A stretch of DNA of 64,000 nt from Eledone cirrhosa (GCA_964016885.1 OZ024743.1:288796001-288860000); one strand, 5' to 3'; positions 25,795 to 39,760 are shown, numbered from the stretch's first letter. Notes: generated by a model not told the origin, from the sequence alone. Program-made: numbers and translations.

Positions 25795-28070
25795 TTGGAT
25801 ATGTCGTTAAAAAACATACCTATTCAGGCAAAAAAGGAATATATTCTAGGTATGATACGAAGGACCAATGATTTTATTCGACGAATCAGATGGAAAACAT
25901 TCCATTTTGACAAAAGCCGTATAAACCAAACATCGGATGTTAACAAGGATAAATTTGGATTTAAATCTTACAAAAACCCACCCTCAAACCCACTTTTGGA
26001 TGCATTTGAACAAGACCTAATGGATATGATCATGGAGATCAAATTTACAAAACGGAAGAACAATAAACTACAGAATGACATCACGGCACTGCTCAATAAT
26101 CTAAAAAACGCCAATGGAATTATTGTTAGAGCAGACAAAACATCAAACGTATATACCATGGATGTGGACACTTACAATAACTTCATCCGTAAGGAATTGC
26201 ATAAAAAATACAAGAAAACTAATGAAGCTACACATAAAAACATCAACAACTCGGCATGTGAAATTGTTAAAAAACTTTGTATTGACGATAGAACGCAACC
26301 CTTAACACCAGCTATACCATCCTTCAACCTGAAGGACCACAAGGTAAACTTCGATACTAACCCTAAAATTAGACTTATATGCCCCTCTAAATCTGATATA
26401 GGCAAAATTGGCAAATATATACTAGACAGAATTATCCCCCAAGTTAAGGTAGAGATTAAACTATGGGGTAACACTCATGAAGCAATAAGATGGTTTAATA
26501 ACATTACTGATAAGAAAAAATCAAAATTTATTCAGTTTGATATTGATGAATATTATTCCTCAATTTCACCTGATACTCTACATGAAGCTCTTTCGTTCGC
26601 TAAGGCTAATTCCGACCTTACGGATGCTGAAATTAAAATTATTATGGAAGCGAGGAAAACTATAGTTAAATTCAATGATAGCTACTGGGTTCGCAAAGAT
26701 AGACCTTCTAATTTTGATATTACTATGGGTTCTAATGATTCGGCGGAAGTAACAGATCTTGTGGGAATTTATATCACCCACAGACTACAAGGAAAATTCA
26801 AGGATCTCCACGGTGGAATATACCGTGATGATGCGCTCCTATTAGTTAAGCATATGAATAACCAGAATTTAGAAAGGATGCGTAAAAATATCAGAAAGCT
26901 TTTTAAGGAACTAGGATTAAATATTACATTTGAATATAACCTCAAAGAGGTCAATTTCCTTGATGTTACTTTCAATCTCAATACAGATACGATTAAACCG
27001 TTCCATAAACTAAATGAGAACCTTAAATATGTAAATACGAGTTCTAACCATCCACTCTCTATAATTAAATCCATCCCTAGAAATGTTTCTCTTAGAATCT
27101 CCCGCCTGTCGTCCAACCAACAAACCTTCAAAGAACATGCCGAATATTATGATGATGCACTTAGGAAAGCCGGACACCTAGATAATATAGAGTATAGAGT
27201 CGAAGATCACCAAAACACCCAAAATAAATCCCATAGGAGTAGAAATAGCACAGAATCACCAACATACATACACTACCGCAATAGACACAATAATAGTCGC
27301 ACACCACCAAACAGAAGGCGATGTAAAGAGTATATTTGGTACAACCCGGTCTATAACAACTCTATTAAAACCAATCTACCCTCACAATTCTTTCGATTAG
27401 TTAAAAAACACTTTCCAACATCACATAAATATAATAAAATCTCAAACGCTAACACTATTCGACTTTCATATTCAACCGCCCCTAATATTGAACAACATAT
27501 AAAAAAGCTTAACGCAAAACGGTTGTATAAACGCCTTCCAGCGCAGAACAATACACGTAAAACATTAGCTATAACATCACAAAACAACAAACAACATCCT
27601 GCCCTACCTAAGCAACCTCATCAACCCATCCATGACAATACAACAACGCAAAATTATAATTGCAACTGTGTCCAACCAGGAATGTGTCCGTTGAACAATC
27701 AGTGTCTTGAACGCAACATCATATACAAATGTACTATCGAATCGGATAGACAGAAGTGGTACTATGTGGGATCTACAGCCACCACCTTCAAATCACGCCT
27801 TTATAGACATCGTTACTCGATAAAACATGAAAACCAGCGTTATGTAACAACACTCGCAGACAAGGCTTGGCAGCTGCGTGAAAATAACCAACAATTTCAC
27901 CTAAAATGGGATATAATAGCGGACAGGAATTTTGTAAATTATGTAATTTGGAATTATTTTGTATTATGAAATCCAAAAACATTTTATTAAATAACAGAAT
28001 AGAGCGATCGTTATACTGTAACCATCGCTTAAAATCTACATTTTCATATTATAAATACTACCAGGATTGA
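25795..28070 (+). CDS. PLE polyprotein: reverse transcriptase + C-terminal GIY-YIG endonuclease (frameshift near 27925)
   Basis: ADKT, FDIDEYYSSI, MGS, GIYRDD, FLDV, CNCVQPGMCP linker, IIYKC..YVGST..RLYRH. C-terminus CKLCNLE..LLNNRIE..CNHR continues in another frame to TGA at 28068-28070. Confidence 0.9.
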
Positions 28071-28555
28071 ACGCCTGTCTCCATCTCCGTTTGATTGTCA
28101 AAATACATATTAACATTCTCTATTAGTCTTAATTCTATCAACTCTTCTATTATTTACCATTTAATATAAACTGCTATAGATAAAATGAGATTTCTGATTT
28201 CTTAATTCAATTCCCTAATGCATATACCAGCTGGCTACTAGCATTGATGTTATTCAGTAGCAATCGAAATCTCCCCCTTCCCCAATTCACAGTTTATAAT
28301 TAATACTACTACATCAAATGACCAGCCCTGTCCAATGTCCAATGGGTCAAGTATAGATTAAAATTGGCACTCCCAAAAATTCTTATTTAGATAAAATAAA
28401 CCATTTACTCATTGTATTCTCATTAGAAACCCTTTATATACTTGTTTAGCAGTAAATTGAATTACCATCTGTCATATACTATCCCCTCTCTTCTTCCTCT
28501 ATTACTAATATAAATACTTCAATATTTCTGATTTTATCCAATTTATCCAAAATCT

Positions 28556-28660
28556 CTGAAGAAGTGACAACATTTGCTATCGAATACTTGCTAACATTAT
28601 ATGATTACGCAAGCAGCGGTACATAGGTATTCCGTATGTTACAGAAACATATGTCAATAC
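28556..28660 (+). ncRNA. Hammerhead ribozyme motif in PLE 3' pLTR
   Basis: CTGAAGA a-gtgaca...tgttac-a GAAA catatg TC, followed by AATAAA. Stem I is weak. Confidence 0.6.
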
Positions 28661-28816
28661 CTAATAAATTCCTTTTTAAAAAAAAGCACTTTCATTTTAT
28701 ATTCACCTTTTCTACATTTTCTCCGGAATATAATTTATACTCGTTGAGCAAACCTAAACGTACGCTGTTCATCTCTAACGTAACGATATATTATCACTAC
28801 ATTATTGATAACCTGA

Positions 28817-29191
<375 letters not shown>

Positions 29192-29363
29192 TGTGTATGT
29201 GTGTATGTGTGTATGTGTGTAAAATGTAAACAGAAATAACAGAAATAATAAAAGAAATGGTACATGGAAGGAATATATTAGCTTAACGCTTGAAATAGCA
29301 GGAAGAGAGTCTTAACCTTTCGGAGATTAGTTCTTCATCAGAGGAAAGAATGATATATATATA

Positions 29364-29800
29364 TAATATTAATTCAAAATATTAACAAAATAGATATTCT
29401 TGTGATCAATTATATTTTATTATACATATTTAAGAGGTACTGAGTTAAGTTCAACAGTACGTCCTCATCAGATAAAATAAGATGATACATGACATACCCT
29501 GACATAGTAGATGGTTAAGATTCAGTCATGACTACCATGACTGAATCTTAACCATCTACTATGTCAGGGTATGTCATGTATCATCTTATTTTATCTGATG
29601 AGGACGTACTGTTGAACTTAACTCAGTACCTCTTAAATATGTATAATAAAATATAATTGATCACAAGAATATCTATTTTGTTAATATTTTGAATTAATAT
29701 TAATAACTCTGGAAACCCTTTTTTTTACCGGTTGAGTGGTTCCAATCTATTGTAAAACTCAATCTTTGATGTATACAGTGAACCTTGTTTAACTTTTAAA
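29364..29800 (+). mobile_element. 339-bp palindrome (centre ~29541) plus ~100-bp tail in (TA)n, with HHR-like motif at 29587-29653
   Basis: Arms 29364-29538 and 29544-29702. tattttat CTGATGA g..gtactg...cagtac.. TAAA tatgta TA ataaaata (G12 is T in both arms). Confidence 0.88.
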
Positions 29801-30233
29801 TATATATATATATATTGCTATTTTTAGTGGCGAGGTAGACAATACGTCTATGTTTACTTCCGCTTATACTACGGACTGGTTCATGCATAGGTCAAATTTT
29901 CGGCCCCATTCGATCCTGTGCTAGACGGCAGATGGCAATATATTTTGCCGTTCCTGGGACTTTTAGTCCTAGGAAAGGAAAATGCTTTCTGATGATCTAA
30001 ACATTTCCATTGGAAGTCCCTAGGATCTCCAATCTTTTGTGAAGTGAAACCGATCGGTAAAAGCAATTGGAATGGGTAAATATTTAAATTATATTTTTTA
30101 ATTTATTTTAAAGAATTGTTTAAATCTTGCTTGCTCCGCTTATCTCAATATATATATATATATATATATGTTGGTGCTGGCGTTTTGTGTATGATTTTTA
30201 TTTTTAGAAAAGGGGATGATTGAGCTCGTCTAC

Positions 30234-30315
<82 letters not shown>

Positions 30316-30636
30316 AGTGTGTGTGTTTACGAAGCTGGTTGAAGAGAATCGGTATAGCTTCTGCTATTTCTCACTCACTTAATTACATAATCAGGTTTGT
30401 ATTATTGAAAATACCAAACTATTACTCAGAGTGAACACATACGTTGATGAGAAAAATAAATGACTTCGTGTGGGTAATGATATTAGTGTATAAAATATAC
30501 CCGGACCAATGCATCGGTTTCTGCCTTCAGGTTTGTCAGCAATAAGCCCAATTGAAACCTTCATTCACAGTAGTTAGCTAATATCAGCAGATACTACGTA
30601 ATTTGATTCGGAATACTTCGTCAGCGAATGGTAGCC

Positions 30637-30664
30637 TCCCAAGAATGAAAATACTTGTTTAACC

Positions 30665-30714
<50 letters not shown>

Positions 30715-30742
30715 GGTTAAACAAGTATTTTCATTCTTGGGA
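30637..30742. repeat. Perfect ~31-bp inverted repeat around a (TA)n core
   Basis: tcccaagaatgaaaatacttgtttaaccgac-(TA)n-gtcggttaaacaagtattttcattcttggga. Confidence 0.92.
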
Positions 30743-31012
30743 ATATTAATAATAATATTCGATTCGTTTGTAATTATGCAAACAAGCCATATTTTTAAAT
30801 CCATGTCAGTAGAATGAGCTCCTCATTCTTGTTCTTGTAAACAGAACTGCAGACACTAATGTTTCTGGGTATTACGCTTCATGAATACAGTTCACTGTTC
30901 ACCTACACACTGTCAGTGCTAGTGAAAATAAATATATGATATTTTCTAAATTATACAGTGACTGATCAGTCTGGTTAGCATATTGGCTGATCAGTCAGAT
31001 CTGCTTATTAGC
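30743..31012 (-). mobile_element. HHR-bearing repeat family (copies at 63214-63960)
   Basis: Reverse complement matches 63530-63770. Minus strand reads gaactgta TTCATGA ... GAAA cattagtg TC tgcagttc. Confidence 0.7.
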
Positions 31013-31113
31013 AGTGGTAGTGGTAGCGGTGTTAGTATTAATAATAATCGTGGTAGGAGATAGGGGGGGGGGGTATTATTAATGATGTTGTTGTGATATA
31101 TACGTGTGTGTGT

Positions 31114-31375
31114 GGAGGCACGTGGCCTAGTGGTAAGTGTGTTGGACTTACGATCATAACGTCATGGGTTCGATTCCTGGGCTGCGTGTTGTGTTCTTAA
31201 GCAAAACACTTCATTTCACGTTGCTCCAGTATACTCAGCTGAAAATGAGTACCAGCAATACCTGGAGGTTTAACCCTGGCGTCCTGCCCACGGGGAGTCT
31301 TGTACTCTCAGTCGCTTCACGCCATGAAACCGGGATAAGCAAATCAGCCTTCTGGCTTAAGACATACTTTAGACT
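31114..31375 (+). mobile_element. Second tRNA-derived SINE family
   Basis: A box TGGCCTAGTGG, B box GGTTCGATTCC, body ttaagcaaaacacttcatttcacgttgctccag..ctcagctg. Older relatives at ~22310 and ~52795. Confidence 0.8.
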
Positions 31376-31686
31376 TTTTTTAAATATATATACGTTAGAT
31401 AGAGAGATAGTTAAATAATAAAATCATGTTAGATAACACAATCAGAGATGTCGACAAAAATACAGTGATTGATAAAGCAATAAATAGATGAATTAATAGA
31501 ATCATAAATATAGGGCGATATTTACTAAATAAAAGGGCAATAATCGATCGATACATTCTTGCATGCAACGGCAACATATATACTTATATACTTAGGTACG
31601 TATATATAATCTTACACACACAGAGACAAACAGACAGACACAAACACACACATACATACACACAGACACACACACATATATGTATT

Positions 31687-31717
<31 letters not shown>

Positions 31718-32157
31718 GGAGGAAGTTATAGTTCACTTGAAGCATTGTGTAATGAGGTTTAAACGTTTGTATTTGTAAAGCCAAAACAATGCAGGTATGG
31801 ATATAGAATATAAATGCAAATGCAAAAGATATTGTTGACAATTAGTCTTATACCTATATTTATTTAAATATCTTTAATTTTCGAGATAACATCTCTTCTT
31901 CGGAGGGAAGTAAAGCGGTTAAACCAGTGTTCTAAATAGCTTGCCAAGTCATGCTGACTGTCAGCATGACTTGGCAAGTTATTTAGAACGCTGGTTTAAC
32001 CACTTTACTTCCCTCTGAAGAGATATTATCTCGAAAATTAAGGATATTTAAATAAATTTAAGGTAAAGACTAATTGTCAACAATATCTTTTGCATTTGCA
32101 TTTATATTCTATATCCATACCTGCATTGTTTTGGCTTTACAAATACAAACGTTTAAA
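31718..32157 (-). mobile_element. 400-bp palindrome (31758-32157, centre 31959) with 40-bp one-sided tail; minimal HHR at 32012-32043
   Basis: Arms are reverse complementary. cct CTGAAGA gatattatctc GAAA at TA agg. Family copy at 47505-47690. Confidence 0.88.
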
Positions 32158-32169
32158 TATATATATAAA

Positions 32170-32240
<71 letters not shown>

Positions 32241-32577
32241 AGAGAAATAAATAGATAGATAGGTAGATAAATGTTGGAGCTGCATTATATTTTTATAATT
32301 TCTAACTAATGTGAGAGAAAATATCAATAATACATACAGATATATTACGATATAAACTGCTAGGGACTACTAGAGTTGATTGTACACACACACAACACAC
32401 ACATAACACACAGACACACACACACACACAGACACACACATACATACACACACGCACACACACACACATATATATATATGTGTGTGTGTGTGTGGGGGGT
32501 GTATATATATATGTGTATATATATATATATATACACATATATATATACACACATGTATATATATATATATATATATA

Positions 32578-32962
32578 TACAAGGGCAATCCCAAATTCCG
32601 ATATTGCAAATTTTCCGTTAAAATCCTGTGGATGGTGCTTCGGGAAAGATCAGGAACCAAAATGCAGAGAGCATCCATAGTGAACCGCCGATCTTTACGC
32701 ATGTTTTCCTCGGAAGGAGACCTTACTTTTGGAATTGCCCTCTATATAATAACTGCGCAAAATTCGCACTTGGCGGTAGCGTTCAACAGGAGCTCCATTC
32801 TCAGCGGCTGCCAAGCCAAGATTGAGCATCCCAAAGAAGCGTGCGCGTGCTTGTTTGGGTGTGAAGGAAGCACCAATCACAACAGTGTTGCCAACAGCCG
32901 TACGAACAGTTTCTCTGCGTCCCTATTGATTTGGAGACCTTACTTTTGGGATTAGTCTCGTA
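32578..32962 (-). mobile_element. Mariner/Tc1 remnants (TIRs + transposase HTH fragment)
   Basis: TIR-like tacaagggcaatcccaaa, ggagaccttacttttggaattgccctcta and ggagaccttacttttgggattagtctcgta with TA ends. Peptide [24 protein letters not shown]. Confidence 0.75.
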
Positions 32963-32979
32963 TATGCATATATATGTAA

Positions 32980-33795
32980 CTAACGAAATGTGGTAAGGAA
33001 TCAGATGGACCATAGCGCACCAGAGTCCTCAATACTCTGTGGGTAATAGGAAAATGTTTAACCCCAGCGGCAGAGCTAAAGCCGTTTCGACGGCTATTTC
33101 TGGACGAAAAATAGAATTTTTAGCGTGGTAATAAATAGCCGAACTTTTCAAGGGATAATTCCATACATGGGAAGAATATAGTTGTCAAAAGGATTGGTCA
33201 AACATTCTTGTAAACACAATTAAATCTTTCATGGCTGTGGGTGTGGGTGGCCCATTGGGTCTGTAGCCTCAGTAACCCCACCCCAGTAAATTATATATAG
33301 CATTGGCCGAAAACTCAATACCAGCTAAAAATATAGCAACTGCTTTAGACTCTAGACATTTATTTAATTATTTCTATTATTTAATTTTATTATTCGTATT
33401 TTTTTCATTTATTATCTTTTAATCTCAATTTATTAACCATTTCTATAACGTCCCACTCTCAGTATCCTTTTTCGCCTGCTTCCTAACTAGCCTAATTTCA
33501 CACACACACCTTAGAATTTGATGTATAGAATTCACTTTCAACGCTTGGCCGGCTCCACCCACTCCCTCATTGTTCTACAGGCAAGTTCAGCCACCCCCCC
33601 CCCACTGCCAAGAAATATTTAATTGTGTTTACAAGAAATTTTTACCAATCCTTTTGACAACTATAATCTTCCAATATAAGGAATTAACCCTTGAAAAGTT
33701 CAGCTATTTATTACCACACTAAAAATTCTAATTTAGTTCAGAAATAGCCGTCGAAACGGCTTGAATTCTGCCGTCGGGGTTAAACATTTTCCTAT
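32980..33795. mobile_element. Fold-back PLE pLTR insert (arms ~33046-33230 and 33612-33795) with ~65-bp one-sided tail; U3-A8 HHR at 33684-33783
   Basis: ttaaccc TTGAAAA g..gctattt...aaatagccg tc GAAA cggc..gccg TC ggggttaa. Same family as the 24660-24962 pLTR. Confidence 0.88.
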
Positions 33796-33854
33796 ATATA
33801 TATATATAGTTATAGGAATAACCAAAGAGTGCTTAGAAATACATTGTTTTATTA

Positions 33855-33899
33855 GCTAACAGTGTTTCATCCATACCCCATGGCAGGAATCATCAGAGC
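33855..33899 (-). ncRNA. Type I hammerhead ribozyme motif
   Basis: Minus strand: gct CTGATGA ttcctgccatggggtatggat GAAA cactg TT agc taataaa. Confidence 0.7.
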
Positions 33900-34028
33900 A
33901 TATAAACAAGAGTATATCAATAGTTGCATGCTCAATCGAGCTGCGTCACCAGAACAAGGTTAAACCACACTGTCATACCAAGGGCAATATATATTCGTGT
34001 CTGGGCATATTGATATATTTGTAAACGA

Positions 34029-34105
<77 letters not shown>

Positions 34106-34119
34106 AACATACACACACA

Positions 34120-34183
<64 letters not shown>

Positions 34184-34266
34184 AACGAAGGAAATGTGGT
34201 AAGGAACCAGGTGGACCATAACGCACCAAAGTACTCAATACTTAGGGTAGTAGAGTGGGTAATATG

Positions 34267-36660
34267 TTCTTCTGCTTTTTCAAAAGTAGAGTTGAGATGG
34301 AGGGTCTGTGGTTTTTCTCACATCTGGTTGGTCTTTGAATGTTACTTATATTATATGGAAAAAAGTGGCTCGAAATGCCAGGTTTTTAGAGAAGTAATTT
34401 GATTGGTTGGTGAATAAGTATAACAAATTTTGCGCCAGTTCGCGCCAGTTCGCGTTACAAAGTTCTTCAAACCAATGGAAGTGGTGGTGGTGGTGGGGGG
34501 GGGGGGGGGGGGGCTCAGGTTGTTTTTTCATATATGAGTGAAGTTTGGTTGGTTGATGCAGTCACGTAAATAAGCACAATCAAAATACGGATTGAACTTC
34601 CAATATTCTATCATATATCTCAACACACAACCCAAGAAATGCGAAAGCTTACAACACTATTCACAAGAACATCCCACTATTGAAACAATGAAAAAAGCCT
34701 TGAAACACACAAAATAATCAAAAGCAAAAGACAACCGAAATCACTAAAAACATTACTCACCAATGCCAAATTACCTACCACAAACCCACAACAAACTGTC
34801 AAAAAATGTGTTCGCTCTAATTGTAGAACCTGCACTCACCTTATTGAAGGCAACACGTATACATTTCAATCAGGACAAAATTTTGCTGTAAAAAATCACT
34901 TCACTTGCTCATCAAAAAATCTAATTTATGCCATTAAATGTAAAGGATGCAATGAAGATTATATAGGACAAACTAAACTCACACTCAGAAACAGAATGAC
35001 AGTTCATCGCCAACAATTACGAGATCCAACCACGAGACAGATACCACTAAGTGCACATCTAGATATTTGTGCAAGTAACAAGACACCCAAATTCCAAGTC
35101 TTCCCATTTTATCTTTGCGCTGACAATACAACAGAACAAATACGAATAAATAAGGAAAATATGTTTATTCAAAAATATAGACCAGCATTAAATATAGTTT
35201 AATATACATTATGTCAACACCATACCATGCTAACCATCCAAACAGACACATACACACACACACATACATGACACCTTCTACTTTAGAAAATAAAAACCCG
35301 AACTAAATAAACCTTAACATACGTTTGCGCTGACAATACAACAGAACAAATACGAATAAATAAGGAAAATATGTTTACTCAAAAATATAGACCAGCATTA
35401 AATATAGATTAATATACATTATGTCAACACCATAACATGCTAACCATCCAAATAGACACATACATACACACACACATAACACCTACTCTAGAAAATAAAA
35501 ACCAGAACTAAATAAACCTTAACATACGTTAATACTCTAACACCTTAACACACTACCCCCCACACATAACTCCCCCCCCCCATTTCTACTAACGGAATCA
35601 TTTTCCTCCACACACACACGCACACACACAACATATTTATATTCTCTTCATGTTAACATGCTAACCATACTCCCACACACACATAACACCCGTACACATA
35701 CACATATCCCCCCACACACACAACTCCCTCCCCCATTTCTACTAATAGAATCACTTTCTTACACATACACACACACAAAATATATATATTCTCTCCATAT
35801 TAACATACTCCCACACACACATAACACCTATACACACACACACACAACTCCCTCCCCCATTTCTACTAATAGAATCATCTTCCTACACATACACACACAC
35901 GCACACACACTCACAAGCACACAAATAAACATACATATCTCTACTTTCTTTATTTCAATAGAAAGTCTGAATTCTGACACCCCGGCGAACCAGCCATATT
36001 CACTGAACCAGAAAAATTCTCCCCATCCCATTTCTCTTGACCATTATCTTTTGTTTGTCATAAAATTCTCTAAAAGGCTACAAAATAAATTCCCAAATAC
36101 GGGCGCGATTTTTTAATGAACTTGTTCACGTAACAGTCATAATTTCATTTATAACCAATCAAATTACATTTATATAAAAAAAGCCTTCGTGATCCATCTT
36201 TTTTTTAAGTAAAACGAAATTCAAACAAACTGGCGCGAAAGCTGATGTGCTTATTCACGTGACTGCATCAACCAACCAAACTTCACTCATATATGAAAAA
36301 ACAACCTGAGCCCCCCCCCTTTGTTTGAAGATCTTTGTAACGCGAACTGGCGCGAAATTTATTATTCTTATTCACCAACCAATCAAATTACTTCTCTAAA
36401 AACCTGGCGTTTCGAGCCACTTTTTTCCATATAAAACAAGTAACATTCAAAGACCAACCAGATATGAAAAAAACCACAGACCCTCCATTTCAACTCTACT
36501 TTTGAAAAGCAAAAGAATTGCGAAACCGGTAAAGGAACCAAATAAATATATATATTTTTTTTAAAATAAGACTTCATTTGCATTTTCGATTTCATCTTTT
36601 CATTATACTTTCACTCGTGTAGGACACCGGTTATTTTTCATTTTAAAAAAAAACCTCACT
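34267..36660 (+). mobile_element. 5'-truncated Penelope-like element (Cys-rich linker + GIY-YIG) with inverted pLTR arms 34267-34578 and 36246-36517
   Basis: KRQPKSLKTLL..CVRSNCRTC..NLIYAIKCKGCNEDYIGQT..RMTVHR..KENMFIQKYRPALN* (~34720-35202). ~210-bp tandem duplication at 35115-35530. Confidence 0.88.
36499..36534 (+). ncRNA. Minimal hammerhead motif, U3-A8 variant
   Basis: ctt TTGAAAA gcaa-aagaa-ttgc GAAA ccgg TA aag, then AATAAA. Confidence 0.7.
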
Positions 36661-36926
36661 TTCTAATATATATATATATATACAGTGGAGGACTAAGTCT
36701 AAAAATATTGAGTGCTCTCATTATAATTTTATATTGAATAAATAACATTTTAAATTAAATACATAAGTGGAAAGGAAACAGTGCAATCAATTTTGTGTAA
36801 AATACCTTACTTTCTCCAATAAAATATATTATGTAATAAATATATTATGAAATCCAGGGACTTTCATTAAAGACATTTGATGACCATTTTGATGACTTTT
36901 GAGGACCATACGAAGCTCGTGAGTTC

Positions 36927-37405
36927 GTGGATGAACGTCTGTCCGGGTACCTAAAGGTCGTATGGTCACTCAAGGACTCAAGTATAGACTACTCCATTCA
37001 AAGGAAAGCCATCACTAAGTCCAAGCCATACGCAAGGGGAAATCCGTCGTGTGGACTATGTATTGATGAACGAATAAATATTCTAAAGAGATTACGCAAT
37101 AACGATTGCCTAAACTCAAGATATGAATTCTTCACAAGTTGTTAACACGCCTGGAAACACCTCTTACACAACTACAAGGCTCCGGATTGAATTACAACAA
37201 CATCCTAATTTTCTTATCAACTAGAAACTTTCTGACTTTCGCAGTTATCTCCCTTACACCTCTCGCACGCAATTTAGTATTGCTTAAGTGAAGTGACCGT
37301 TTCTGCACATGCGCGTTCATACGGATGTCCTTCTTGTTCCGTATAACCATGTCCATTACAAGCAATTGTTCTCGGCATGGTGAACTAACTGTTGTTTAAA
37401 CACCT
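36927..37405 (+). mobile_element. PLE GIY-YIG C-terminal fragment + 3' UTR
   Basis: VWSLKD..SKPYARGNPSCGLCIDERINI..LNSRYEFFTSC*H. Confidence 0.75.
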
Positions 37406-37457
37406 CTCTCTCTCTTTCTGTCTCTCTCTCTCTATATATATATGTATATATACACAC

Positions 37458-37575
<118 letters not shown>

Positions 37576-38322
37576 GTGTGTGTGTGTCTGTGTGTGTGTG
37601 CGTCTATATCTATCTATCTATATATATATATATACAATATATAGAAACAGACAGATACATGCAGACACATACATATACATGAATATAACCACATATATCC
37701 TTGAATGTATTATATAGCTCTGATACTGAATCACTCTAATCCATTCGGATTATTTTGTCACAGTTATTCATAGAGCAACATCGGTTGAGGTTGGCACCAC
37801 TAATTCAAGGATATATGTGGATATATTCATGTATATGTATGTGTCCACATGTATCTGTGTGTTTCTATATATTGTTTATAACTCCCTTTGGTAGAATAAC
37901 CTTTGGAGTGTAGTGACTGCTGGCAAGCTATGATTACTCACACTTCTCGCCACCTTAGCCACCTCTTCTATGGCTTTGATATAAGTACCCCCTCCGCCTC
38001 CGTGGTATTTTTTCATGGTTATAAGAGGCTTAGCTCTGTTTCTTGACCGCTGTATCACGTGATTGACTCCCCCTCCGCCTTTCGGGATTCTATCGCGAGT
38101 CCTACGGACGTGTTTTGAAACTCTTAATGGGGTATCTTCTTTATAAGTCGGCAGACATCACAAAAATTCTATATCTCTGTGATGTAGTGTTTTTGTATAA
38201 TATGCCACGAAACTACGTAGTCGAGGAGTAAAGAAGGAGTTTAGGTATGGTATATCTTATTATTAATTATATCTAATGTTTCTTCTCTCTTCATAATGTA
38301 TTATATATATATATATATATAT

Positions 38323-38555
38323 ATGAATGTATATATAATGTATTTTGCAATACACTTTATGCTTAATTAAAAGCATTTTGAAGATCGTATGCTATTGTTT
38401 TAGAGTAGTGACAAACTCACTTACTTTAATCCCAGCAAACATGTTTGCTGGGATTAAAGTAAATGAGTTTGTCACTACTCTAAAACAATAGCATACGATC
38501 TTCAAAATGCTTTTAATTAAGCATAAAGTGTATTGCAAAATACATTATATATACA

Positions 38556-38560
<5 letters not shown>
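38323..38560. repeat. Near-perfect 238-bp palindrome (centre aaacatgttt, 38441/2) in (TA)n
   Basis: Arms are reverse complementary with about 1 mismatch and no spacer. Confidence 0.93.
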
Positions 38561-38610
<50 letters not shown>

Positions 38611-38614
<4 letters not shown>

Positions 38615-38976
38615 GGTGTTGGATGTTTAAAGCGCCCGTATGCGGTAGGCCGAATGAGCACTCGATGCCCTCATAGAGCACAGTATGATATCACAGAAAA
38701 AAAGAATCAGTGTTGCGTCGAGAGGAAATTATTGGACATAATAGAATTGTTTCTCTGGCGACCTGTTCGAGGCACGATAGATGTGGTGATCAAATCTGAT
38801 TCTGAAATCGCGCGGTCCTACTTCGTAGAATCGAGACGTATCCGAGGAGCACGCGATTTCAGAGTCAGGTTTGATCACCACATCGATCGTGCCTCGAACT
38901 GGTTGCCCGAGAAACAATTGTAATATGTCCAATACATTCCTTTCATCGCAACACTGATTCTCCTTTCTCTGTGATA
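38611..38976. repeat. Fold-back insert (arms ~38689-38819 and 38845-38976) with one-sided tail; relative at 39761-39930
   Basis: Self-similar ORFs on both strands. GAAACAATTGTA motif in the right arm and at ~39789. Confidence 0.85.
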
Positions 38977-38999
38977 CACGCACATATATATATATAATT

Positions 39000-39760
39000 A
39001 ATTTAATTAAATCAAATTAAGGGAGTCTTGTCCGAGACATGCGCCATTTCCACCGTAGAATAAGCTCAAAGATTCCAATGAATAGATCTGAGCATTTTAT
39101 ATCAACTAGAAATTGATTGACATACATATATTTAAAATAAACACATGAAACAATCACAGGGGATAATTTGTAAAGTGTGTAATCACACATAGTTATGTAG
39201 GTAACTAATTAAAGTTTAACTATAGCTTCAAATATTACCTTTTTAAAAAATGATTAATCCTCATTGTATATATTTCATTAAAGAAATATATTTTACCGTT
39301 AATCCGTAAAGTCACAGTAGTCAAATCTTGGATCTTCAGCAAGGGGGAAGATTTAACGATCTGTGCTTACACATCTAATGCAAATCGGCGAGTGAGCCAT
39401 CGCACGTGTTGCATTTCTAAAACTACTAAAAACATGCTAGCGTCACCACATTGGCGTGAATAGCAGCAGGGTCCTTTCAACTGAATAAGCTCTACAATTA
39501 AGGAGCCGTTTATATATCTAAAATTAATTAAATTAAATTAAATTAAAGGAGTCATGTCTGAGACATGCGCCATATGCACCGTAGAATAAGCTCAAAGATT
39601 CTAATGAATAGATCCGAGCATTTTATATCAACTAGAAATTGATTGACATATCTAAAATAAACACATGAAACAACCACAGGGGATAATTTGTAAAGTGTGT
39701 AATCACAAATAGTTATGTAGTTACCTACATAACTATGTGTGATTACAATCTTTACAAATT
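39000..39760. repeat. Direct ~200-bp repeats (39000-39205 and 39530-39722) ending in a short fold-back
   Basis: gagtc.tgtc.gagacatgcgccat...ggggataatttgtaaagtgtgtaatcaca occurs twice; 39723-39760 inverts the preceding sequence. Confidence 0.8.

Noticed and set aside
38870-38925. HHR in the 38611/39761 family (GAAACAATTGTA)
   Set aside because: The stem III half looks right, but no CUGANGA or compensated box is conserved among the three copies.
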